A stretch of DNA of 62,629 nucleotides, filler included, from Chiloscyllium plagiosum (GCF_004010195.1; 3 parts of one record of this genome joined end to end with filler, not necessarily neighbours in it); one strand, 5' to 3'. Shown: positions 23,886 to 36,737, counted from the whole stretch's first letter. Program-made: numbers and translations. The notes: a model not told the origin generated them from the sequence alone.

Positions 23886-24624
23886 GTTCTTGAGGATGCA
23901 GACTCCACATTCTAACTTCTCCCAAAACATTTTTTGACACCCCCTACTGAGCACTTCCTCCAAGCATCTATATATATTGCTCTGAGAGAATGTGTACACG
24001 TAAATCTTCAGTTCACACCCACTCCCACCATACTGGTTATGTTAGTGCCTCCAAACCCACAGGATGAGACCGGCTGCAAGAGCTGAAGCTGACAAAAGCA
24101 AAACTGCAATGGTGCCACGTGCCAGCTGCATTTGAATAGCAACACAAGTACACATCCAATTTAGCTGGTATTCATACCCACGTGCAGGTCCCAAATCTGG
24201 ACACTTTTGACTGATAGAACAGCCTACAAATATTCAGTCCGACTCCAACCAGTCACTGAGTCAAGGTCCATTCAATCAAAGACAGCAACAGCCCAGGTTC
24301 TAATACTTTTCACATCTAATGCGGGCACAGTGTTATGGAAGAGTGGAGGAAAGGCATCTAAGTTGACTTTGTCTTAAATTGTTACGTTTATTTTTTAAAT
24401 TACATTATCACAGAAGGTCTGCAATCTGGTCTTTTTATTTTCCTGATTTCGTTTCTTAAGAATTTGTTCTGAAGAACCTTGTACCTTAGTACCTAGGATG
24501 GTGCCGTTAACGTTTCACTGTACTCCTGTGAGTAGTTGTGATGCTAAAGCTTATTCTAATCCTAATTAGCTCAGGGGCGATGTCACCCCTGAACCAGCAC
24601 CGAGAAGTATCACAGAAGGTGAAG

Positions 24625-25370
24625 ATATGGAGAGCCATGACACACTGCAACACATCAGAACTGCCCAAGGAAGGGGGAGGCCACTTACACAAAGTCTTTG
24701 ATAACAACAGATACTCCATCAGCTTCATCTGCTGATGTCTGTCCAACAGACAATGCCAAAAAGACACTGTACCTACCAACAGACTGGCCATCCTACCCTA
24801 TATAAAGAACATATCAGGATTAACTTACTAGGCTGTTATGACCACTAGGTTTTGTGGTGGCTCACCAACCAACAGCCACGCTACTCCAGCTATTTACCAG
24901 GACTAAGGACCCCATATCCACAGCACACAGGACCAACGTGGTATTCAAAATCCCTTGCAACAAGCACCACATCGGACAAACAGGAAGAAAACTAGCCATC
25001 TGACTTCACAAATACCAACTGGCTACTAAACGACATGATCCACTCCCCCTCATCTCTGCACCTATAGACAAAGACAGCCATCGATTCAGCTATGACAAAG
25101 GAACCATTCTAGGACAGGCCAGCCAGAGACACCCAAGGAAGTTCTTGGAAGCCTGGTTTTCAACCATCAACAGGGACAGACCCGGTGTACAAACCGCTGC
25201 AGTGAAGACCTGGGAGTGACACTCATCCCCAACATCCTGGGCCCACATAAAAACCGAGCAGGACAGAACCAGAGCGTCTGACAGAGGTCCCACTGAGAAG
25301 GTTACCCAGCATGGTAACGGAGCATTTGCACAATAACCCAGCAGCTTGGTGAGCTAACCAACTACCTCAG
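24625..25370 (+). mobile_element. Penelope-like element remnant (family C-related): RT thumb/linker, GIY-YIG endonuclease, degenerate hammerhead
   Basis: RAMTHC...HLHKVF, LAILPYIKNIS, TKDP...TNVVFKIPCNKHHIGQTGRKLA.*LH..QLATKRHD...ILGQA..RHPRKFLEAW; then ctgagaag-gttacc cagcat ggtaac-ggag at about 25293. Confidence 0.85.
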
Positions 25371-25816
25371 ATATGGAGATTTCACACATTTCAACGGGAA
25401 GACTAGCTGTAACTCAAAAGCCACGCCTCAATAACCCCAGCTCAAGGACTGGAGGCGATGTAACTCCTGTTGGGATGGGAGAGTCAAAATTCACGGGAAG
25501 GTAGGAAAGAGCAAATGGCCATTCAGCCCTTCACAGCTGTCTCACCATTCAATGAGATCATTGTTCATCCACAACCCAAAGCTGTTGATTGTTAAAAAGC
25601 TACCAACTATGAACTTTATGTATATATAAAAAAAACATTTCTGGGATATGGATATCTCTGGCGAGGCCAATAGTTATTGTTCATCACTAATTGCCCTGAA
25701 GACAGTTAAGAGTCAAACATATTGCTGTGGGTCTGGAGTCACATGTAAGCCAGAGAAGGTTGGGTTTTTTGGGGTGTGGGCATTACCAACTAGACAGGCA
25801 TTCTATTACCCATTAA

Positions 25817-25995
25817 AGTGGTGCTGGAAAAGCACAGCAGGTCAGGCAGCATCCCAGGGGCAGGAAAATAGACATTTCGGGCAGAATTTCGTCTATTTTC
25901 CTGCTCCTCGGATGCTGCCTGACCTGCTGTGCTTTTCCAGCACCACTCTAATCTTGACACTGATCTCCAGCATCTGCAGTCGTCACTTTCACCTA
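25817..25995. mobile_element. Penelope-like family A head-to-head inverted pair
   Basis: agtggtgctggaaaagcacagcaggtcaggcagcatcc...ggaaaataga and tctattttcctg...ggatgctgcctgacctgctgtgcttttccagcaccact. Confidence 0.75.
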
Positions 25996-28492
25996 ATCTA
26001 TTGTCCATTGCTAATTGCCCACAGCGCTGTTAAGAGTCAACTCCACATTGCTGCGAGTCTGGAGTCACATGTGGGCCAGACCATTACGGACAGCAGATTT
26101 CCCTCCCAAAAGGACCTTAGTGAACCAGATTTTTTTAATGACAATCGACAATGGTTGCATGGTCACCCTTGAATTAGCTTTTTATTCCAGACTTTTACTG
26201 AATTTAAGTGTCACCGTCTGCAGTGGTGGGGCTTGAACCCTTGTCATAAGCCAAGAGTGACCTTGAAATTCTGCATTCCCCTCTCCTGCCAAAAATCAAT
26301 AATTAAGAGCACAAATTCCCATGTGTGTGTTAAACCTGTCCATAATTCCACACCTGAAGAGAGTTGACTCCAATATTTAGCCTGTAATGACCCCCTCCGA
26401 CCCCCCAGTCTCAGCAGCCATTTTTTTTTGTTTACAGTTGAACCCACTCAGCCTGGCGTTCATGCACTAGCCCTTTAAAGGAATGCATCATGACACTTCT
26501 CCCCCCCCACCCCTTCCCCTTGCAAATGATCCAGTTCCCATTTGAAAGTCAGATCAGAATTTGCCTCCACCACCCATTCAGACACAGCAATCCACATTCT
26601 AAACACTCGCCGTCTTAATGTTGAACAGAGACGGTGTTATTTTGTTAATGTACTGCTTTTGCCAACTATTATAAAGCCTTGCCCTCTAGTTTCCAATCCT
26701 TCCACCAACGGGAATACAACTTCTCTTTACCTACACTCTCCAGACCCCTCAATGAATTTTAAACATCTCTATCCAGTCTCTTCTCAGCCTTTCCTTCACC
26801 ATACAGAACTGTCCCAAAGTGACTCAATTTCCTGACATTTGGAATCATTCTCCTGATCAGTGGTGTCAGCCTGAATGCACCAGACCAGGACTTGAACCAA
26901 CAACCCTCTGGTTCAGCAGGCAGGAGCGCTACAGAATGAGCTACAAAATAAAAAGAGACACCAAGGGGAGGCAGAACTGAGGAAAAGCTCCCAAGCACCA
27001 CCAAACACGGGCATAGACAAATCAACAGGATCATTACGACACAAATACAGGCCGTTCGGCCCACTGCGTCTGTGCTGCCTTTCTGAATCAATAGTTTGCC
27101 CAGTTCTCCCACATTCTCCTTGGAACCTGCCCATGCTTCCTGGTCAGATAGCCTTCCGAATCCCTTTTGGAAGTTTCTGCCATAGACTCAGGCAGTGCAT
27201 TCCAGAACCTGACCACGGATGTGTAACCTGGATATGAGAGAGAAATGGGTTGTTTTTACACTCAAATTCCAACGCAGTTCTACATAGCGGTCAGTTTGGC
27301 AATGTCAAAGGTAAAGTATAGAAACTGGGAGCAGGAGGCGGCCATTCAGCCCCTTTGAGCCTGTTCTGCCATTCAATAGGACCATGGCTGGTCTTCCAAC
27401 TCAGTCCCCTGTTCCTCATTTTCACCCATACCCTTTGATCCCTTTAGCCAGAGGAGCTGTATCAAATGCCTTCTTGAAAACACTTCCAAAGTTTTGACCT
27501 CAACGGCTTTCTGTGCCAGAGAATTCCACAGCACGATGGTTTCTGTTTGTGCGCTTCCGACAATCCCTGCCTTCGATCAGATTGGATTTAGGAATGCTTC
27601 CCGATTCCCTCCCCACACACCTGCAATGGTCACAACCCGCTCTGTAAGAGATTGGCCAACTCCATGGAATCCTGCCCAAAATTAGGACTGTGCTCATCTC
27701 TGTAGATTTGTAACTACCTCAGCCTAGAGACTAATGGCAACTGGCATTTATATAGCACCTCTGGCATGCCAAAGTATCCCTAGGTACTTCATATGAGTGT
27801 CTCCAACAAAATTGGACAATGAGCCACATCCACAGATTCGAGGGGTAGGCCAAAGGATAATTGATTTTAAGGAGCACGATGAAGGGAAGAGAAACATGAG
27901 GCTGATGAAGGGGGGAGGGGGAGGGGGAGACAGCACATGCTCAAGGCCAGTGGGGGAAGGGGGTTGGTGGTGGTGGTGATTACTGTAAAGAAGTTGGGAG
28001 ATTCAGATGGCAACAGGAAGCTGATTGATCGGTGTCAATAACTATGTGATAGGCGGCAAGGCGGCTGAGCAGCTTGTGGGTGTGAACAAGCTAGCCTGGA
28101 GCACAAAGGGAGGTGGTGTCTTTAACTCTGCAGTTAAAGCCTGAAGAAAGCCAGTTTATTTTCTGCTCACCAGTCAGTGTAAGCTGTAACCAATAAGTCA
28201 CTGACCTTATAATTTGTGAACCATTCACTCTGTGACGGTACAGAGAAGTGAAGGTAGTTGGAAGAGCAATAATAAGCTATAACAAGTTGAAAGGATCACC
28301 TTGGGACAAGGACCATTGGACTGCCTTCCTGATCTTCCCCTCCACCCATAACACCCATGCTTTTTCTCCCCTCCCGCCCCCAAGTCTGTAAGTGTATGGG
28401 AGTCAGGGTGAAGAGGTTTTGAAGTAGGGTTATATATCAACAGTTGATAATTATCTGGCTGTAGCCAGGATCGATTTGTGTAGTAAACGGTA

Positions 28493-28666
28493 CAGAGGAA
28501 CCTTGATTATCCAGCATTCAATTATCCAAATAGCGGATTATCCGAACAAATCACAAGGTCCTGATTCTTGGCTAAACTATGTTGTCCAGCATTCGATTAT
28601 CCAGAATTTGATTAAACAAAGGAAGCACTGCCCGCCTGTGTCCCTTCGGATAATCGAGATTCCTCT
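28493..28666. mobile_element. Tc1/mariner (Tigger/pogo-like) MITE
   Basis: TIRs CAGAGGAACCTTGATTATCC and GGATAATCGAGATTCCTCT flanked by TA; internal (G)ATTATCC repeats. Confidence 0.8.
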
Positions 28667-29064
28667 TATCAAATATGTGTTTTTCTGGGTCTAAAAGAGA
28701 TGGGTAAATTGGGCAACTTTGCATCCTTTGATAAAATCTTTGAGTTTGGCGATGACTGCAGGAGTGGTAGGGCATGATTTCCAGTGTATTACCCCAATGG
28801 GAGATGGTATCCTGCCACTGTGAGGCACAGGGACATAGAGTGTCAAAATGAGCCAATTACAGAGGGGCCCAGTGCACTCTAAATCATCAAATGACGACAC
28901 AACAATTAGGTGTTCTAGTGATTGGACAATATTCTCCCGACCACATTTTTCCCCAAATGTTTTCATGTGATAGGGGCAGTGCTTGCTGGGTGACGTTCGT
29001 TGTCAATTGTTAATTGCCCCTTGATTGGAGCAGCATGCTGAGTCATTTCAGAGGGTAGTCATTC

Positions 29065-29600
29065 AGCACAAAAACAGACCCTTCAGCCCAAAAGGCCATG
29101 CTGACCATAACCCCAAACTAAACTAGCCCCACCTGCCTGTGCGAGACCCATACCCCTCCAAACATTTCTCATTCACAAACTTATCCAGATGTCTTTAAAA
29201 CAACATAACTGTACCCACACCCACCACTTCCTCTGGAAGTTCATTCCACACAACCACCCTCTGCGTAAGAATAATTACCCCCTCATGTCTTTTTTAAATC
29301 TTTCTCCTCTCGCCTTAAAATGTGACCCCTAGTCTTTAAATCCCCCACCCTAGGAAAAAGACACCTGCCACTCACTTTATCTATACCACCCACGATTTTG
29401 TAAATCTCTAAGGTCACCTCTCAATCTCCATGCTCTATTGGTGAAAAAATGTCCCAGCCTCTCCTTATAACTCAAACCGTCCAGTCCTGGCAACATCCTG
29501 GTAAAACTCTCCTGAACCCTCTACAGCTTAATAATATCCTTCCTATAACAGGGCGACCAGAACTGGACACAGGAGAGCCTCATCAACGTCCTGTACAACC
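29065..29600 (-). mobile_element. CR1 LINE 3' fragment
   Basis: cacttcctctggaagttcattcca...tcctggcaacatcctggtaaa; reverse CR1 ORF2 end. Confidence 0.8.
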
Positions 29601-30179
29601 TCAAACGTTAAGAGTCAACCACACTGTTGTGGGTCTGCAGTTACAGGTAGATCAGACCAGCTAAGGATGGCAGATTTCATTCCCTGAAAGACATTAATGA
29701 ACCAGGTTGGTTTTATAACAAGTCGATGAGGGTTTTGAGGTCGTTATCACTGAGGTTACCTTTCAATTCCTGATTTATTAAGTGAATTTGAACTCCCACC
29801 AGGAACTCATGTCCCTGGAGCATTAACCTGGATCTCCGGATTGCTAGTCCAGTAGCATTAACACGTTGCCACAATCTCCGTTAGATTCCATTGAAATTGT
29901 CTACGCATTTTCTTTTAGATGAATGAGTTTTCTACATCAAAATTGGTTCAAAGTGTAGGAATCCATTCAATGTCTAAACAGCTGCAAAGTGGTGAGTTGT
30001 TAACAACAGGCTGGCTGGAGGCTATTGCCTCCATGTTCTGGACTGGGTGTGGGATCTCCAGTGCATCAGAACCTTGGCACGCAACTCCCAAGCTGGAGGG
30101 TGACTGGGATCGCTGCAGTGGGAAGAATACCATGTGAAAAGGAGGCGGATTTCAGGACTCCAGTGACTGTACTCTAACT

Positions 30180-31210
30180 GGCAGTCTGTACAGAACATTA
30201 ACACACAGACAGATCGAGGTATAAAGGTCCACAGTTTCCTAAAAATGGCACCACAGGTGGCCAAGGTGATGAAGGCGGCATATGACATGCTTGGCTTCAT
30301 CGGCTGGGACATGGAGTACAAGCGTTGACAAACCATGTTACAGCTATATAAAACCCTCATTAGGCCATATTTGGAATATTATGTATAGTTCAGATTGCCA
30401 CACTACCAGAAGGGCATGGAAAGTTCATTAGATTAGATTAGACTAGATTAGATTAGATTCCCTACAGTGAGGAAATAGGCTCTTCAGCCCAACAAGTCCA
30501 CACTGACCCTCCGAAGAGTAAACTACCCAGACCCATTTTCTTCTGACTAATGCACCTAACACTACGGGCAATTTAGCGTGGCCAATTCACCTAACCTGCA
30601 CATCTTTGTGACTGTGGGAGGAAACCGGAGCACCCGGAGGAAACCCACGCAGACACGGGGAGAATGTGCAAACTCCACACAGACAGTCGCCCAAGGCTGG
30701 AATTGAACTTGGGACCCTGGGGCTGTGAGGCAGCAGTGCTAACCACTGAGCTACCGTGCCGTCCCCCAGGATGATGCCTGGTCTCGAGGGCATTAGCTAT
30801 AAGGAAAGGTTAAAAAGGCGAGGATTGTTTTCACTGGAAAGACAGCGGCTGAGAGGAGACCTGATAGAGGGCTACACAACAACGAGAGGCATAAACAGGG
30901 TGGATAGGTAGAGGCTTTTTCCCAGGGTTGAAGTTTCAATTACAAGGGGCACAGGTTCAAGGTGAGAGGGGGAACAGATTAAGGAAGATGTGCAAGGGAG
31001 GTTTTTCCAAACAGGGAGGGGTAGGAGCCTGGAACGCACTGTCAGAAGAGAGGGGTGGAAGCAGATACACTGGGGACATATAAGAGGCATTTGGATGGTG
31101 ACAGAAAGGGTAGAGGGATATGGACTGAATAAGGGCAGCAGGTTTGTTTTTCACTTTAAGTAGGGCATGAGGATCAGTACAGGCTTGGAGGGCCTGTTCC
31201 TGTTCTGTAC
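30180..31210 (+). mobile_element. CR1 LINE fragment interrupted by an HE1 SINE (30428-30762, minus)
   Basis: QVAKVMKAAYDMLGFIG..LYKTLIRP.LEY; after the SINE, RMMPGL...RGHRFKVRG. Confidence 0.8.
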
Positions 31211-31732
31211 TCCTGGTGCTAATGAACATAAACTATTATAAAGGCACAGTGTATGTGGTAAGTTGCTGGAGGCACACTGACAGAGCAGGGATTTCTGATT
31301 CACTTGGATACTTTTCTCATCAACCTGCTTTTGCTGCACACCTCTGGGGCAAACTGAATGCAGGCTTCCAAGCTCAGAGGCAAGGACATTACCACTGTGC
31401 CACAAGAGACACTTGGATCCAGCCAGTTGTGCTTCCCCTGAGCAAGGGCTGGGACCGATATCCATCATGGCGGGAGTGTAACTAGCGCTGGGTTCTGGCA
31501 CAGGAACAAGGGCCAGAAGTATAGGTCATTGAGACAATACATGAATCAAACAACAGCAGATCACTTGGCTTGTACACAATTTAAACCTTGCTAAAAGACG
31601 ACTAGTCAAACTAACGTTTCAGAACTAGGAGATAAGTAATGTATTAAAAACAAGGAGTCACCATTTTACAGACCATGAGAAGAGGGTGCTGATTGGTCAT
31701 GCTATCTTTGGCATGTGGATGCAGCAAGAACA

Positions 31733-32310
31733 GTCATAGAGATGTACAGCATGGAAACACCCTTCGGTCCAGCCTGTCCATGCCGACCAGATATCACAAC
31801 CCAATCTCGTCCCACCTGCCAGCACCCGGCCCATATCCATCCAAACCCTTCCTATTCATATACCCATCCAAATGCCTCTTAAATGTTGTCATTGTACCAG
31901 CCTCCACCACTTCCTCTGCCAGCTCATTCCATACACGTACCACCCTCTGCATGAAAAAGTTGCTCCTTAGGTCTCTTTTATATCTTTCCCCTCTCACCCT
32001 AAANNNNNNNNNNNNNNNNNNNNNNNNNNNNNNNNNNNNNNNNNNNNNNNNNNNNNNNNNNNCAGCCTGTTCAGCCTTTCCCTGTAGCTCAGATCCTCCA
32101 ACCCTGGCAACATCCTTGTAAATCTTTTCTGAACCCTTTCAAGTTTCACATCTTTCTGACAGGAAGGAGACCAGAATTGCACGCAATATTCCAATGTCCT
32201 GTACAGCCACAACATGACCTCCCAACTCCTGTACTCAATACACTGACCAATAAAGGAAAGCATACCAAATGCTTCTTTACTATCCTATCTACCTACGACT
32301 CCACGTTCAA
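31733..32310 (-). mobile_element. CR1/HER1-type LINE 3' end, spanning an N gap
   Basis: ORFs 31794-31997 and 31994-32263. Confidence 0.9.
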
Positions 32311-32314
32311 GGAC

Positions 32315-32443
32315 TAGGAGAAAGTGAGGACTGCAGGTGCTGAAAACTAGAGTTGGGTGTGTGGTGCTGGAAAAGCACAGCAGGTCAGGAAGCATCCGAG
32401 GAGCAGGAGAATCTATGTTTCAGGTATAAGCCCTTCATCAGGA
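32315..32443 (-). mobile_element. Penelope-like family A end, mutated hammerhead
   Basis: Minus strand CTGATGA-A-GGGC ttat ACCT-GAAA-CATA. Confidence 0.7.
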
Positions 32444-32744
32444 AGTTAACTGTCAATCTTAATTCTTGGACCATGCAGGAAGATTCTGATTGGCCAGGCT
32501 GTTACAATGGAGATATAGCAAGTCTGGCCATCTCCATGGCTCCCTTTGCTTTGGAAAATGCTTATTTTTGGCTCCATTAAGCAGGGTCCTGAGTATTTAT
32601 CTATTTAGCTCCTAGCATACCCAAGTGTGCACCTATCTACATAGCATTAGATGTCAGCCTACTGTTAGAAAGCATTTATTCAATAATCCAATTGACTGTC
32701 CTAAGAGTTACACCGGACAGCAATTTAAGATTATTACTTAGAGA

Positions 32745-32940
32745 GATTTGAGAAGATTTGTAGCTCAGGTTGAGGTTCTGGACGTAGGTTTGCTCACTGA
32801 GCTGGAAGGTTCATTTCCAGATGTTCCATCACCCGACTAGCAGTGCTTCGCCCGGAGGCCTACCGAAGATGTAACCTAGTAGTGTGACAAAATATCTGGA
32901 AATGAACCTTCCAGCTCAGCGAGCACATCTACATCCACAT
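32745..32940. mobile_element. Penelope-like family C head-to-head inverted pair
   Basis: gtaggtttgctcactgagctggaaggttcatttccagat and atctggaaatgaaccttccagctcagcgagcacatctac; matches the tail at 21530-21610. Confidence 0.75.
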
Positions 32941-33046
32941 TATAACTTTACCTCACTACATGAAACTTCCCAGCTTTCTAAAGTCCTTTCCAAAGTCCCT
33001 CCAAATCCCTACTAAATATTTTCCAAACTTTGATCCAATCATCCTT

Positions 33047-34473
33047 GAACTGACACAATCACCACGCTAAACCCAAAAAAGCTACTGCAGGTGCTGGAAA
33101 TCAGAAACACCGTGGGCGGCACGGTGGCACAGTGGTTAGCACTGCTGCCTCACAGCGCTAGAGACCCGGGTTCAATTCCCGCCTCAGGCGACCAACTGTG
33201 TGGAGTCTGCACATTCTCCCCGTGTCTGCGTGGGTTTCCTCCGGGTGCTCCGGTTTCCTCCCACAGTCCAAAGATGTGCACGTTAGGTGAATTGGCCATG
33301 CTAAATTGTCCATAGTATTAGGTAAGGGGTAAAGGTAGGGGTAGGGGTAGGGGTATGGGTGGGTTGCGCTTCGGCGGGGCGGTGTGGACTTGTTGGGCCG
33401 AAGGGCCTGTTTCCACACTGTAAGTAATCTAATCTAATCTAATAAGAGAAGTTGCTCGAAAAACTCAACAAATCTGGCAGCATCCAAGGAGAGAAAGCAA
33501 AGTTAACGTTCCAGGTCCAGTGACCCTTAGGGAGTGAATTCCAGGATTCTGACCCAGAGACACTGAAGGAACGCTGATATATTTCCAAGACAGGATGGTG
33601 AGGGGCTTGGAGGGGAACTTGCAGGGGGTGGTGTTCCCATGGATCTGTTGCCTTTGTCCGTCTAGATGGAAGAGGTCACAAGTTTGGCAGATGGTGTTGA
33701 AGGAGCCTTGGTGAGTTGCTGCAGTGCACCTTGGAGATAGCACACACTGTTGTGGCTGTGTGTTGACAGCAGTGAATGAGAGGGGCTGATCAAAGCTCAT
33801 GGTGCAATAATGTCAAGTATTTGGCGGAGTGGGGGGGGGTGGCAGTGGTCAAGATTGTGTGATTGATGCTTTTAGGAGATGATAGCAATCAATGGGGTGA
33901 ATAGAGAGACACGCTGTCTACTGGCGGGGAACATATCCTTGAATTCAGAGCCATGCCCACAGGAGAGAAATTAGGATAAACGTATTAATATGAATAATTC
34001 ACTTGCCACTCACAGGACATATCCATCGCAGGCAAGATCAGTGGGCATTAATCAGAAAATTGTGGGTCAACAAGGGTATAAACAAATCAGAACCAAGCTT
34101 GCAACCGGGGTCAGAGAATTAAGAATAGGCGTGAGGGTCTTATTAACCTTTACCCTGATCGACAGATGGCAGCAGATACATGGCACCACCACCCCCTGCA
34201 AGTTCCCCTCCAAGCCCCTCACCATCCTGACTTGGAAATATATCACCCGTTCCTTCAGTGTCACTGGGTCAAAATCCTGGAATTCTTTCCCTCAGGATAT
34301 GGGTGAGTGTTTCTAAAGAAGAGTCACTGGACCTGGAACGTAACTCTTGCTTTCTCTCCACAGATGCTGCCAGATTTGCTGAGTTTTTCCAGCAACTTCT
34401 CTTATTGTTTCTGATTTCCAGCATCTGCAGTTCTTTATTTTTTTGGGGTTTAGCGTTGTGATTATGTCAGTTC
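33047..34473. repeat. Local inverted duplication (arms 33047-33658 and 34161-34473)
   Basis: The arms share the same unique flank and the same family-D / LINE-tail arrangement in opposite orientation. Confidence 0.8.
33112..33443 (+). mobile_element. Young HE1-type V-SINE
   Basis: Full length, (TAATC)n tail, internal AGGGGT expansion. Confidence 0.92.
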
Positions 34474-34479
34474 ATAAAA

Positions 34480-34768
34480 TCCCTATAATGTGGAAACAGG
34501 CCCTTTGGCCCAACATGTTCACACCGACCCTCCGAAGAGTAACCCTTTTCCCTGCAGTTAGCCCCTGACTCATGCACCCAACCTACACATCCCTGAACAC
34601 TGTGGACAATGTAGCATGGCCAGTTCACCTAACCTGCACATCTTTGGATTGTGGGAGGAAAGCCACACAGGCCCAGGGAGAATGTGCAAAATCCATGCCC
34701 GAGGCTGGAATTGAACCCGGGTCCCTGGCACTGAGAGGCAGCAGTGCTAACCACTGAGCCACCATGTC
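34480..34768 (-). mobile_element. HE1-type SINE
   Basis: Reverse head, core and tail. Confidence 0.85.
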
Positions 34769-35729
34769 GCTCTAAGCGTACTGTGGTGGTCCAAGCACCA
34801 TTATCTGATGGTAGACCGGCTGACCAATAGGCGGCAATCGCAAGATAATTTTTAAAAAACACACAGGTCATACAACTGGTTAACGACAGGCATTGCGTGG
34901 CTCAGAACATGAGTAGGCCGCGCTGTCGTGGCAACAGAAATCACTCCTCCAACATTCCTGGCTTGTCTTTTCACTGGGACCTCACTAGGGGCTCCTTACC
35001 ATCAAACACCTTCATTCCCATCCACCCTTCCTCAAATCCCATCTCCTTTACCGGAAAGGTTGAATTTTTAACCAAAATGATTCCAATTGACAGGGTTGTT
35101 CACACACAATAAATATCACGGTAATAGAAATCTACTTCGGTCAAAACTCCAACACAACGTGAACAAAGAGCTGCACAGGGTGGAAAGGTGTCCAGAGGAC
35201 AATTGTTCTCAACACACCACACCCCCTCACCATCGCTAATAGCCACCTGCCCATGACATCTTGTAGGAGGTATTGCAGATCAGATTGAAGGGGTTTGACA
35301 GGGTCAATGCTGAGAGGACGTTTCCCCTTGAGGGACAGTCTAGGAGCAGAGGGTACAGTCTCAGAATAAAGGGGCACCAATTTCAGACTGAGATGAGGAG
35401 GAATTGCCTCTCTCAGGGTATGGAACACCTTGCCCCAGAGAGCTGTGGGGGCAGAGTCCTTGTGTATATTTAAGGCTGAGATCGATAGATTCTTGATCAG
35501 TCGGGGAATCAAGGGAAAGGGCAGGAAGGTGGGTGTGAGGAATGTCGGATCAGCCGTGATCCTATAGAATGGGGGAGCAGGCTCAAGGGGCCGAATGGCC
35601 TACTCCTGTTCCTATTTCTTATCGTTTAAATGCAGAAACGTGTTCATAAATTGAAGTTGGGGAAAAAAAAAAGAGAATGTAGAATCTGTGTGTGGGACAC
35701 TGTTGCTCCTCAGTGTTGTGACGAGGTAC

Positions 35730-35959
35730 CTGTTGGCCTGTGCGTTTGGTTCCACCTTTGGCTCTCACGGTTAACTTGACGACGGTTTGCCATTGTCCGG
35801 GGCTCTCCATTCCCCGTGCCGTAACCACAAACTTCACTTGTTTCCCAGAGAGATGCATGTCTTCAGTTGCGAACACCACGCCATCACGTTGCACCTTGAA
35901 GTTCCGGTCGCTCGTTTCATACTGTACTGCCAAACCCCGGAAACAGTCATCAAAGCCAA
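35730..35959 (-). CDS. cdh2-like: Classical cadherin prodomain exon (equivalent of CDH2 exon 3)
   Basis: ttttacag|TT GGC acceptor (phase 1) and CAG|gtacct donor (phase 0), 230 nt. VGFDDCFRGLAVQYETSDRNFKVQRDGVVFATEDMHLSGKQVKFVVTARGMESPGQWQTVVKL matches the cadherin prodomain pattern F..C....VQYE.S...FKV..DG.V.A....L.....KF...A.......WQ..VKL. Confidence 0.9.
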
Positions 35960-36170
35960 CTGTAAAAGAAAAGAACACTTTGTAATCTGCCGGGGCCTAC
36001 CTATAGATCTTTACTGAGGAACCGCTCTCTCCGCAGCCAGGCTGGCAGTGTTTCGGGAAACACTCTGGGCAGTGAGACTTTCCAGTCACAGCACAGTCAT
36101 AAGCCCTTCATCCCACCAAGTCTGTGCTGGTGAACACCAATCCCATTTCCCAGCACTTGGCCCATAGCTT

Positions 36171-36630
36171 TGCACCTGCACCTCCACCCACATCATCTAC
36201 TGCATCCGCTGCAGCCGGTGTGGCCTCCTCTATATTGGGGAGACACGCCGCCTACTTGCGGAGCGATTCAGAGAGCACCCCTGGGCCACCCGGACGAACC
36301 AACCCAACCAACCTGTAGCACAGCATTTCAACACCCCCTCCCACTCCACCGAGGATATGCAGGGCATTGGACTCATCCACCGCCAAANNNNNNNNNNNNN
36401 NNNNNNNNNNNNNNNNNNNNNNNNNNNNNNNNNNNNNNNNNNNNNNNNNNNNNNNNNNNNNNNNNNNNNNNNNNNNNNNNNNNNNNNNNNNNNNNNNNNN
36501 NNNNNNNNNNNNNNNNNNNNNNNNNNNNNNNNNNNNNNNNNNNNNNNNNGATGCTGCCTGACCTGCTGTGCTGTTCCAGCAATAAAGTTTCAGCTTTGAT
36601 CTCCAGCGTCTGCAGACCTCACTTTCTCCC
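36171..36630 (+). mobile_element. Penelope-like element (family A): GIY-YIG endonuclease fragment, N gap, pLTR tail
   Basis: Stop-free frame CTCTSTHIIYCIRCSRCGLLYIGETRRLLAERFREH...PVAQHFNTPSHSTEDMQ up to the gap at 36388; the family A tail follows the gap. Confidence 0.88.
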
Positions 36631-36737
36631 CATAGCTTTGCATGCCTTGCTATCACAGGTGCACATTTATACAGTTCTTCAATGCTCTTGAGGGTTTCTG
36701 CCTCTCCCACCCTGACAGGCAGGGAGTTCCAGATTCC

